64,000 nucleotides of DNA from Methanomassiliicoccales archaeon. GTDB taxonomy: Archaea > Thermoplasmatota > Thermoplasmata > Methanomassiliicoccales > UBA472. Location of the stretch: NCBI GenBank assembly GCA_026394375.1, contig JAPKYJ010000024.1, forward strand, positions 35,259 to 99,258, given 5' to 3'. Every line of letters begins with the position of its first letter. Positions within the stretch are counted from its first letter, which is position 1. Made by a program: the position numbers and the translations under genes. The notes under the pieces were generated by a model, which did not search any database, was not told the origin of the DNA, and saw nothing but the letters and a program-made list of their open reading frames with translations. Of this stretch, positions 29,377-37,905 are shown piece by piece.

Positions 29377-31500
29377 TCAGATGTTGTTCCTCACCCGGTC
29401 CTTGAGCTCGCCCAGCTTGCCCTTGTTCCAGCTGTTGATCTTGGAGAAGAAGCCCGTGACCCTGGTGATACCCTCAACATTGGGCGATTGGCAGTTGGGA
29501 CAGGTATCCCTCAGGCCCCTGCTGGTCCGGCCACAGTCGAGGCAGGAGGTGAACTCCGGGCTGAACGCCACTTGCGCGTTCTGCGTGCTCTCGAAGGTCT
29601 TCTTCACGAAGGAGGCTATGCTCTCCGCGGGAGGCTTGTGCTCCCCCAGCCAGACATGCGTCAGCGAGCCTGCCTCTATCAGCGGATGGAAGAGGCCTTC
29701 TTCCTTCACCCTCTCGATGGCGCTGGTGGGCGCGCCCACATTGAGGTAGGTGGAGTTGGTGTAGTACACCTCGCCGGTGGACTTGTTGCCTCTGATCACC
29801 GTCGGCGCCTGTAGTGGATAGTATTTCATATCCAACCTGGCGAAGCGATAGGCGGTCGATTCGGCAGGGGTCTGCTCCAGCGGCATCCGCACTCCGTACT
29901 CCTTGCCCAGTTCCTCCGCGTCCTTCTTCATGTTGGAGATGAGCTTGAGGCCGAACTTGAGCGCGTCCTTGGATTCGTGCATCTGCTTGCCGGTGTGGTA
30001 TTGCACCGCCTCGTTCAGACCGACCATGCCCACCAAGAAGGAGGCCTTCTGGAGGCGGTAGTACGGTTCTCCATCCAGGTTCATGGTCAGCAGGGAGAGC
30101 GGACCTTGCTTGCCCATGGAAAGCAGCTTGGTGATGAACTCCTTCTTCTGCACGTGGGCCTGCGCCACGATCTCCAACCGCTCTCGAACGATATCGAACA
30201 TCCGTTTGTCGTCCTGATGTGCCTCGTAGGCAATGCGCGGTAGGTTGATGGTGACGTTCTGCATGGCGGAGTAGCGCATCTTCCATGGCGTCTTGGCGTC
30301 CTCCAGGTCACTGTTGTCCAACTGGAAGGCCAGACGGCAGCACTCGCTGATCTTGGCCGTGTTGCCTCTATCGAATACGAAATAGGTGTTGCCCTTCTCC
30401 GAGGCCACCTGGGATATCTTCTGCAGGAACTCCTCGTGCCCATCGGTGTGGAAGAACTTCTCTGTCATGTGTACGTTGGGCTTGGGGAAGAAGAACGGTC
30501 GCCCGAGGGCGTCGCCTTCCAAGTAGACGTCGAAGAGCGCGCTGACGAACCTCTGGCTTTCATCGAGATAGTCTTCGTAGTTGGCGCCGGTGAACTGTCC
30601 TTTTGGGCCTATGGCGGGAACGCCCATGAAGTGGTTCGGCACCTCCCAATAGAGGTTGAGGTCGCTGAAGATCGACTGCCCTCCACGGGCTACCGCTTGT
30701 TGCGCGAACTCGAATATCAATATCTGCGCTAGCTGTTTCATGCGTTCATCGTCGACGCCTTCGAGGTATGGAGCGAGGAACAAGTTCACCGCGTCCCAGC
30801 CGATCGCCCCGGCGAAATGGCCTTGCAGAGCCGCCGAGAACTTGATGATCTGTTCGATGAGAACCTCTGGGTGCTTGGCCGGTTTGGCGATGGAAATCGC
30901 ATTGGGAAGGTTGAGACCGAATTTCTTGACATACTCGATGCTCTGACCTGAGCAATACGGGCGGTCGATCATTCCCAGGTCGTGAAGGTGAATATCCCCT
31001 CTCATGTGTGCGTCCGCCATATCCTGGGTAAAGACCTCGAGCAACGCGAACTCCTTCTTGATGCGTTCGGAGAGCGTGAGGTTCGTTGCCTCAGGCCCAT
31101 GCGGCACATTGGCGTTCTCCTTGTTCGGATTCATGATGATCTGCCGCGCATCGTAGAGCGGCACCCCAAGACGGGTGTGCTGCTTCCTGACCTTGGCGAG
31201 ACCATATTCCACCAGTTTCGCGTTCGTAAGCTCGCGTATGAGCGGGGCGGTGACGAAATCGAGCTCTAGCTCAAGAATGAGCTTCTCCACCTCTCTCGCT
31301 ACGATGGAGGCGGCATCTTCGCTGATGCTCGTCTCCCGGATTAGCGCGTCGTATATTCGGTTCCTGTCCCACTTCTTTATCTCCTCGTCTGAGGTTCGCA
31401 CGAATAGTGAAAGCTCTGTCGATTCCTTATCGTCGGAATAGATCAGTCCAGGCTCGCCCATTTCGCGAGAGTCAGTCGGAGACTCCGTCATCTTCATCAT
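29377..31500 (-). CDS. nrdD: Anaerobic (class III) ribonucleoside-triphosphate reductase with ATP cone
   Basis: N-terminal ATP cone, GDIHLHDLG, ECCRL, EQTPAESTAYRFA, CxxC...CxxC, TRVTGFF glycyl-radical motif. Confidence 0.95.
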   Translation of the reverse strand: MMKMTESPTDSREMGEPGLIYSDDKESTELSLFVRTSDEEIKKWDRNRIYDALIRETSISEDAASIVAREVEKLILELELDFVTAPLIRELTNAKLVEYGLAKVRKQHTRLGVPLYDARQIIMNPNKENANVPHGPEATNLTLSERIKKEFALLEVFTQDMADAHMRGDIHLHDLGMIDRPYCSGQSIEYVKKFGLNLPNAISIAKPAKHPEVLIEQIIKFSAALQGHFAGAIGWDAVNLFLAPYLEGVDDERMKQLAQILIFEFAQQAVARGGQSIFSDLNLYWEVPNHFMGVPAIGPKGQFTGANYEDYLDESQRFVSALFDVYLEGDALGRPFFFPKPNVHMTEKFFHTDGHEEFLQKISQVASEKGNTYFVFDRGNTAKISECCRLAFQLDNSDLEDAKTPWKMRYSAMQNVTINLPRIAYEAHQDDKRMFDIVRERLEIVAQAHVQKKEFITKLLSMGKQGPLSLLTMNLDGEPYYRLQKASFLVGMVGLNEAVQYHTGKQMHESKDALKFGLKLISNMKKDAEELGKEYGVRMPLEQTPAESTAYRFARLDMKYYPLQAPTVIRGNKSTGEVYYTNSTYLNVGAPTSAIERVKEEGLFHPLIEAGSLTHVWLGEHKPPAESIASFVKKTFESTQNAQVAFSPEFTSCLDCGRTSRGLRDTCPNCQSPNVEGITRVTGFFSKINSWNKGKLGELKDRVRNNI

Positions 31501-31686
31501 ATCACCTGATTAAATTGAGCTTGAAGTGATTAGGGGCTATTAGTAGAGTTACCCATCCCTATTACTCAAAGCAGAGGGATGTATTGTCCACCTGATGTAA
31601 ACTACTTTTTGGGGAACGACCTGCTAACAGAAACACCGTTAAGAAAGCTTAATACTTACCAAGTTTGTTACCATATCTGTGAGCAT

Positions 31687-32271
31687 GTGTTCCATCCAGA
31701 GCGCGATCTGAGGTTCGCTATCCTCGATATCATCAAGGAAGATGGAAAATCCATAAGTGCCATCTCTAGGGAGCTGGAGGAGAGGGGGTTCGAGCTGCAC
31801 CGTCTGATCCTCACCGGATATCTTCGCGCTATGACCGACCTCAGCGTCCTGCGGGAGAAGCAAGTACCACCTTCGAAAGTGTACGCGCCGATAAAAGGCA
31901 GGGAGAAGGACATCTATGAGGTCGTGGGCGAAGGAGCTCGTTCGATCTGCGGAGATGAGGAGAAGGCGGGGCTCCTCATCCTCTACGCCCTGGGGCGGCT
32001 CTTCCGACGCCCTGTTTTTCAAGAGGAACTTGCGCGCGCCGGTCTATCAGGGCAGTTGCCGGGCAGGCAAGCGACGAAAGAGGAGCGCCTTGAGGCGAAA
32101 CAGATCCTCGTCAAGTCGGGCTTCAAGATACCAGACAGTAGCAAGGCCTATGTTCTTGAGTCGGCGACTTTGGAGGGGGACTACTGCGAGCTTCTCGCAC
32201 GAATCGTGGGTTCGAATTGGGACCTGAGCTATCTCGTTCGGGAAACCAAGCAGACCAAGCTTACTTTCTAG
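31687..32271 (+). CDS. Winged HTH-domain protein, divergent from nrdD
   Basis: KSISAISRELEERG...HRLILTGYLRAM HTH-like N-terminus; start codon uncertain. Confidence 0.6.
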   Translation: MFHPERDLRFAILDIIKEDGKSISAISRELEERGFELHRLILTGYLRAMTDLSVLREKQVPPSKVYAPIKGREKDIYEVVGEGARSICGDEEKAGLLILYALGRLFRRPVFQEELARAGLSGQLPGRQATKEERLEAKQILVKSGFKIPDSSKAYVLESATLEGDYCELLARIVGSNWDLSYLVRETKQTKLTF

Positions 32272-32328
32272 GCAAGAGGTAACGGGGCAAAGGGGCATCT
32301 ATTTAATGTGCCATTCTATTGCAGTGGC

Positions 32329-33336
32329 ATGGACCTTCAGGCGTTGATCTCGAACATCAGAGCTCACCCTGGCATAACCAGGAAGCGCACCATCGCCGAA
32401 GTCCTCAACTTCTTTCCCAGGACGCAAGGAACGAACATCATCGCGGCCTACGGGGAGGATGCTGCGGTCATCGATTACGGCGAGAGCGTGCTGCTGTTGG
32501 CAGCGGACGGCATCATGGAGACGCTGGTGAAGGCCAATCCGTTCTTCGCTGGCTACTACTCGATCCTGGTCAACATCAACGACATCTCCGCCATGGGCGG
32601 GATACCATTGGCCATTGTAGACGTCATCTCCATGAAAGAGGAGAAGGTCTGCGGCCAAGTGATGAGGGGGATGGAAAGTGCCGTACGTAAGTTCGGAGTG
32701 CCGGTAGTGGGAGGGCATACCCACCCCGACTGCGACTACAACGCTGTGGACGTGGCCATCCTAGGCACGGCCAAGAAGAATGAGGTCTTATACAGTCATA
32801 CAGCGGAGGCAGGCGACGACATCGTCTTCGCCATGGACCTGGATGGTTTCTATCCGGAGAAGTTGAAGTTCGCCTGGGACACCACCAGCAAGAAGGAGAG
32901 CGACATCGTCCGTCGGCAGATGCTCATAATGAATGAGATCGGGAAGAGACATCTCGCGCATGCGGCCAAGGACATGAGCAATCCCGGCTCGCTTGGGACC
33001 TTGGGCATGCTGTTGGAGACCAGTGGCATGGGTGGTTCGGTGGACCTGGACAAGATCCCTTCGCCCAAGAGAGTGGATTATCTCCAGTGGCTAAAGTCCT
33101 ATCAAGGCTGCGGCTTCGTGCTCACCTGCCCACCGAAGTGCTCGAAGAAGGTGATGGGGACGTTCGAGTCGGTGGGCGTGACCGCCGCAGTGGTGGGGAA
33201 GGTCACAGAGGAGAACAAGCTTCGCCTCAAGCAGGGCTCGGAAGAAGGCGTGCTTTTCGATTTCTCCAAGGAAATCATCACCGGCTGCGACCGCTCGAGG
33301 GTGCCCGTCTCAGAGCGATGTGACAGATGCGAATGA
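32329..33336 (+). CDS. Methanogenesis marker protein 2 (AIR synthase-related)
   Basis: GITRKR, GEDAAVI, LLAADGI, NINDISAMGG, GGHTHPD, AKDMSNPG. Confidence 0.85.
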   Translation: MDLQALISNIRAHPGITRKRTIAEVLNFFPRTQGTNIIAAYGEDAAVIDYGESVLLLAADGIMETLVKANPFFAGYYSILVNINDISAMGGIPLAIVDVISMKEEKVCGQVMRGMESAVRKFGVPVVGGHTHPDCDYNAVDVAILGTAKKNEVLYSHTAEAGDDIVFAMDLDGFYPEKLKFAWDTTSKKESDIVRRQMLIMNEIGKRHLAHAAKDMSNPGSLGTLGMLLETSGMGGSVDLDKIPSPKRVDYLQWLKSYQGCGFVLTCPPKCSKKVMGTFESVGVTAAVVGKVTEENKLRLKQGSEEGVLFDFSKEIITGCDRSRVPVSERCDRCE

Positions 33337-33350
33337 AGAACACAGGAAGT

Positions 33351-33660
33351 GCTAGGCCGCAGAGGTTGCCGCCTGGTCCCGCGCATGTGATCCAGCCACC
33401 TTCTCAGCCCCGCCCCCCTTCGAGCGCCGGTAGTCCAGGGTAAGGCTGCTCCCGTCAGGGCCTGACCCGTTCTCCCTGATCAGGGCCAGGGGCGCCGCCC
33501 TCCAGCTGCGCCACGAGACCGCCACCGGCCCCGAAGGACAGAGCCTCATAGTCGGCAGCTGGGCATGAACGGTTCCAGTTACGTCGCCCCCTGCTGTCAC
33601 CCCCGTTGTCGACGGTTTACGGTGTACAAGGACACGCCGAACGTCCCGGTCAAGCCTAGC
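33351..33660 (-). ncRNA. ffs: Archaeal SRP (7S) RNA
   Basis: 310 nt; terminal helix GCTAGGC...GCCTAGC; helix-8 motif GGTCAGGCCC-TGAC-GGGAGCAGCC (33443-33468); TATTAATA box about 25 nt upstream. Confidence 0.88.
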
Positions 33661-33772
33661 GAGTCCCGATTGCGCTACCATGCTATTAATACCTATGTCG
33701 CCTGGGCCATCTGGCCCTTGACCTTCCGCTCCACGCACAATCGGTCCATGTGATTAAAAAGGAGGCGAACGG

Positions 33773-34069
33773 CTACTGGCCGCTGGCCCATTTCGCGAGC
33801 CTCTCGGCGTTGATCCGCGCCCCGCAGATGGCCTTGCCGCTCTTCTCGTTGTAGAACGCCGGCACTCCCAGACCTCCGCCGCAGGCCTCGGTGATGACGG
33901 TGGCATGCTTGCGCATTAGCTGAGCGTTGCTCTCATCGTGCCATACTTCTAGCTTGGTGATCTCCGTCCCGGTGCCCTCGCAGAACTTGTCCACTAGGGG
34001 ATGCAAGGCTTTGCAATGAGGGCATTCCCTTCCGTAGAACCAGATGAGCCGCTGTCCTTGGCCCGCCAT
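33773..34069 (-). CDS. Thioredoxin/glutaredoxin-like protein
   Basis: FYGRECPHC active site, LEVWHDESN, GVPAFYN cis-Pro motif. Confidence 0.85.
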   Translation of the reverse strand: MAGQGQRLIWFYGRECPHCKALHPLVDKFCEGTGTEITKLEVWHDESNAQLMRKHATVITEACGGGLGVPAFYNEKSGKAICGARINAERLAKWASGQ

Positions 34070-34073
34070 CAAA

Positions 34074-34502
34074 TCACCTCTTCACGAACAGACCGCACCA
34101 GCATTCCCCATACTCCTTCCAGGTCTTCTGGGCCTTGAAGTTGCAGGGACATATGAGCTGCAGGTCCTTCTCCCTTTCGCCGGTGGTGATGCGGCAGGGG
34201 CAATATTTCGCACCGTTGCTGCGCATGTTCTCCAGCACTCCATTGGAAAGGTCGCTCACCGCTTGCTTGTCATCCCAAAGGAGGAAGTCGGCTTTGGCGG
34301 CTAGGTCCTCCCAGGCTTGGACTACCTTCTCCGGGGTGTCGATGGCGTATTCTACGTCCTTCATGACGTTCAATGCCTCGGCTCGATCGCAGAGCACGAA
34401 AGCGTTCTTGAACCCGCAGGTGGGACAAACCTCCGGTGGCTTGACGCCAAAGTGAATGTCCCCGCAGATATGGCAGCGCCAGAACCTCTTTTGCTGTACC
34501 AT
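34074..34502 (-). CDS. Rubredoxin-like plus ferredoxin:thioredoxin reductase catalytic-domain fusion
   Basis: N-terminal WRCHICG...PPEVCPTC; C-terminal YCPCR...ICPC...CWCGLF. Confidence 0.85.
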   Translation of the reverse strand: MVQQKRFWRCHICGDIHFGVKPPEVCPTCGFKNAFVLCDRAEALNVMKDVEYAIDTPEKVVQAWEDLAAKADFLLWDDKQAVSDLSNGVLENMRSNGAKYCPCRITTGEREKDLQLICPCNFKAQKTWKEYGECWCGLFVKR

Positions 34503-34651
34503 GGTCTCGACAATTGCTCCTACGAATCCGCGCGGATATAATGTTTTTGAGGAACGACCATTGGTTCCGGGCCAGAGCATGTGTGCATCTTGGTAGCACA
34601 GCGCGCACAACCATTAATACCCTCAGGCGAATTCGCATGCTGGAGGTAGGC

Positions 34652-35284
34652 ATGTCGGACCTGGATACCCTGATCTATGCGGTGGCGCTGCTGTTCTTCA
34701 TCTTCGATCCGTTCGCCAGCCTGCCGATCTTCATCAGCATGACCAAGAACTTCGACGACAAAGAGAAGGAGATGTCCGCCAACCGGGCGATCTTCGTGGC
34801 GGCCGTGCTCTTCGTCATCTTCACTCTCATCGGCACGAACCTCCTGGGCATCTTCGGGGTGAGCACGGACAGCTTCCGCGTGGCCGGGGGCATAATTCTC
34901 ATCCTCATGGCGGTGGAGATCATATTCGGGTTCAACCTCACCAAGCAGAGCGACGTCAACGTCGCCTGGGTGATCATAGCCACGCCCATCTTGACCGGCC
35001 CGGGCGTCATAACCACCGCCATCCTCCTCACCTCGACCATCGGCATATTTCCAACGCTGATCGCTGGCGTCATCTCCCTAGCTGTGACATGGGGCCTGCT
35101 GCGCAACGCCATCTACATCGTCCGTCGGGTCGGCAACAACGTCATCGAGATCTTCTCCAAGATCATCGGACTGCTCATCGCCGCCATGGCGGTGGAGTTC
35201 ATCCTCCGGGGGGTGGCGGACTGGTTCGCCAAGTACGATCCCCAACTGATAGGGGCGGCCCTCCATCTACTCGCTCCTTGGTGA
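34652..35284 (+). CDS. MarC family membrane protein
   Basis: LFFIFDPFASLPIF, SFRVAGGIIL, ATPILTGPGVIT, KIIGLLIAAMAVEFI. Confidence 0.9.
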   Translation: MSDLDTLIYAVALLFFIFDPFASLPIFISMTKNFDDKEKEMSANRAIFVAAVLFVIFTLIGTNLLGIFGVSTDSFRVAGGIILILMAVEIIFGFNLTKQSDVNVAWVIIATPILTGPGVITTAILLTSTIGIFPTLIAGVISLAVTWGLLRNAIYIVRRVGNNVIEIFSKIIGLLIAAMAVEFILRGVADWFAKYDPQLIGAALHLLAPW

Positions 35285-35374
35285 GCTTTCTTTTCACCGG
35301 CGCATACGCATGATCAAGCGCCGGTTACTAGTAGGAGAAGCTGGCAATCAGTTCTCACGGAAGGAACGCAAGAT

Positions 35375-35602
35375 ATGAGCGACAAGGAGACGGTGGTCAA
35401 GGAGCTGCGTGCCATTCCCGGAGTGAGCGAGAAGGCTGCCGAGGGACTTTACTCGTTGGGCATCAGGTCGGCAGAGGAATTGAAGGGCAAGGACCCGGTC
35501 CAGCTATATGAGGAATTGAGGAATCAGCCGGGCTCCTATGCAGAGCCGTGCATGCTCAACCAGCTCAAGATAGCGGTGAAGTCTGCCCAGACAAAGAAGT
35601 GA
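35375..35602 (+). CDS. Small helix-hairpin-helix protein (Cdd1/TfoX-C-like)
   Basis: LRAIPGVS, LYSLGIRSAEELKGKDPVQLYEEL. Confidence 0.7.
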   Translation: MSDKETVVKELRAIPGVSEKAAEGLYSLGIRSAEELKGKDPVQLYEELRNQPGSYAEPCMLNQLKIAVKSAQTKK

Positions 35603-35682
35603 GAGTTGATTCGCCTCGGCGGCCGGGCGAATGAAAAGACATAAATCTCCTTGTCCTCAAGTAGCAAAGGAGAGGGAAGAAA

Positions 35683-35946
35683 ATGCCAGAAGCGGAAAGG
35701 ACGCAGAGCGGCTCGTGCGGTTCGGCCTCGGTCGACGAATCGAAGAAGATCTGGATCTCAGGAGCGAACGTAGGCATCAGCGGCTGGAGCAAGATGGTGG
35801 AGGAGATCAAGGCCCTGAAGCTCAAGGACGACGAGAAGATCGCGGACGAGCTGCTGAAGCGGGTCAAGAAGAACGATTTCGTGCCGTCCAGCAAGGAGAA
35901 GGAGTTCCGTAAGGTTCTGCTCGAGGAGTACAAGAAATCGGCCTGA
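35683..35946 (+). CDS. Hypothetical protein
   Basis: GGAG-rich RBS, host-like codon usage, charged 87-aa product. Confidence 0.6.
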   Translation: MPEAERTQSGSCGSASVDESKKIWISGANVGISGWSKMVEEIKALKLKDDEKIADELLKRVKKNDFVPSSKEKEFRKVLLEEYKKSA

Positions 35947-35949
35947 GCA

Positions 35950-36579
35950 TCAGTAGATGTAGGGAATGAGGCGGTAACGTACTCTGTTCATGTAAGCCCG
36001 GTACTCACACTCCTGGCCGAGCTTCTTCTCTTCAATGCCGATCCGGATCGCTAGTAGGATCATCGCCACGGCGAAAAGTGCCAAGGCCAACAAGTTGAAA
36101 CGCAGCATCATCAGTCCGAAGAGGAAGAGGGCCTCTCCCAAATAGACCGGATGCCTCACCATCGAGTAGGGACCAGAGGTGACGATGTTACGCACCGATG
36201 GCAGAATGGCAAAAGACCTCCGGAGATAGAGCAGCCCTGCCACGCTCAAAATGGCACCAGGTATTGCGATCAGCCCGAGTATTGGTTCGGCGTACTGGGG
36301 AGGTGTAAGGATGGAAGCGTTGAGGACCGCGGTGGGAAAGATGAAGGATGCGGAAGGCACGACCATCTCGCGTACATATGTCGGACCCTTTGGCGGTGAG
36401 CGAACGAGGAAGGAGAACGCCGCGGCGAGGTTGATCGGGATCGAAGCGAGAGCCTGCAGGCGAATGAAGTTCTCGCTTGCTAGATAGGCAGAATACACCG
36501 AGGCGCCGCACAGAACAAGGAAGAGCAGGGCCAAGGCCCGATCAATGTCCTTGTCTCCCAGGTACATCGAGGCTGGCAT
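35950..36579 (-). CDS. Isoprenylcysteine carboxyl methyltransferase family membrane protein
   Basis: VTSGPYSMVRHPVYLG, EEKKL...YRAYMNRVRYRLIP; start codon uncertain. Confidence 0.85.
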   Translation of the reverse strand: MPASMYLGDKDIDRALALLFLVLCGASVYSAYLASENFIRLQALASIPINLAAAFSFLVRSPPKGPTYVREMVVPSASFIFPTAVLNASILTPPQYAEPILGLIAIPGAILSVAGLLYLRRSFAILPSVRNIVTSGPYSMVRHPVYLGEALFLFGLMMLRFNLLALALFAVAMILLAIRIGIEEKKLGQECEYRAYMNRVRYRLIPYIY

Positions 36580-36635
36580 CCGTGCTTCCTCCGGTTCGCT
36601 AGAACGATACATAGGTAAAATGGTTCCTCACTGCA

Positions 36636-37331
36636 TCAATCGTTCACGAGCCCGCTCGTGATCAGGTGACCGAGCCAAAGAAGTGCGATGATCACGAATT
36701 CCGTGATGGTGGCCGCCAACAGCAGTCGGCGACGCTGTCTGCCTGGAGCTAGGGTAAACCCCCTGGTCGCCCCCCAGGCCAGCATTGCCAGCAGTAGGAA
36801 GAAGCCCAGAAATCCGATTGAGATAACGGTGGCAAGAACGTACCATCCGATGACGCCGGGGTCAGTCCATACCAAGAGGGCCCAGAGGAAGGCCGCGGGA
36901 AAGTAGAAGAAGGAGAGGTCCAGCCAGGTGAAGACGCGTTCCTTCGGATCGCCCTTGGTCAGCAATACGGAAGCGGCTGTGCAGAGCAATAAGCCTGCCG
37001 AGATGCCGAACAATAGCCCGGTGGCCAGGCGCATAGGGTTGTTGGTGCTCAACAGCCCAAGGTATGAAGAGGCGGCGTCGAACAAGTAGAGCGCCATCCC
37101 GAAGATCGCCGCTATCATAGTGGGGCGGTCGAAGATCTTCGCCTTTCTGTACCTTTTAGTGAGGATGTAAAATAGGACCACTGTCAGGAAGCCCAAATAG
37201 ATGCCAGTGTCGCGCGCGCACATCGGCATCTGGTATCCACCCAGAACGAAGGAGCGCTCTGGCAGTTGATGACAGATGGCGAACCCTAGGTTCCAAAGTA
37301 TGGAAGAGAACGGATCGGACGGGATAGCCAT
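36636..37331 (-). CDS. DUF2085 domain membrane protein
   Basis: ICHQLPERSF, MPMCARDTGIYLG, STNNPMRLATGLLFG. Confidence 0.85.
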   Translation of the reverse strand: MAIPSDPFSSILWNLGFAICHQLPERSFVLGGYQMPMCARDTGIYLGFLTVVLFYILTKRYRKAKIFDRPTMIAAIFGMALYLFDAASSYLGLLSTNNPMRLATGLLFGISAGLLLCTAASVLLTKGDPKERVFTWLDLSFFYFPAAFLWALLVWTDPGVIGWYVLATVISIGFLGFFLLLAMLAWGATRGFTLAPGRQRRRLLLAATITEFVIIALLWLGHLITSGLVND

Positions 37332-37370
37332 CGACTGTGGAAAGGAAAAGAAGGATAAAAAGGGAAGTGT

Positions 37371-37736
37371 TTAGTACCAGAACATCGAAGAGGCGAAGAC
37401 CACGAATAATACGACCCAGCAAAGCACGTACAACACGATACCGGCGATGCTCAAGAGCAGGCAGTTCTTGCCCACATGACGCTTCTCCGGGTTGGGGTCG
37501 TTGTTCCAGACCAGGAACATGATGAACCCGATCACGACGCTGAAGAGCGATACCAGGTAGAGTATGTACTTCAGCGCTCCGAGAGACTCCTGTGGGACTG
37601 GTTGTCCATATCCTGGTGCGGGCTGGCCCATTGGCACGCCCTGCGGCCTTCCGCAGTGCGGGCAGACGTTGTACTCGAGCGGGATCTGCCGACCGCATCC
37701 GGTACACATCCTTGTTCCTTGTGGACTTGTTGCCAC
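37371..37736 (-). CDS. Zinc-ribbon membrane protein
   Basis: CTGCGRQIPLEYNVCPHCG followed by two TM helices. Confidence 0.75.
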   Translation of the reverse strand: MATSPQGTRMCTGCGRQIPLEYNVCPHCGRPQGVPMGQPAPGYGQPVPQESLGALKYILYLVSLFSVVIGFIMFLVWNNDPNPEKRHVGKNCLLLSIAGIVLYVLCWVVLFVVFASSMFWY

Positions 37737-37905
37737 TTTAGTTTCCCTCCTTGATCATACATCTGGCCCAATAGACCAGACCTATTTGGCCACATTATGG
37801 CCTTTTTCTATATTAAAGGTTGCCAGCGTTTGGAAAGCGAGTGCTCGTTGTGAATACAAAAGAGCGAAACGGCCAGGTCCTTACTCTAGCCTGGTCATCG
37901 GAGAA

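Noticed and set aside
33352..33738. ORFs on both strands between marker 2 and the thioredoxin gene
   Set aside because: Shadow ORFs of the GC-rich SRP RNA gene
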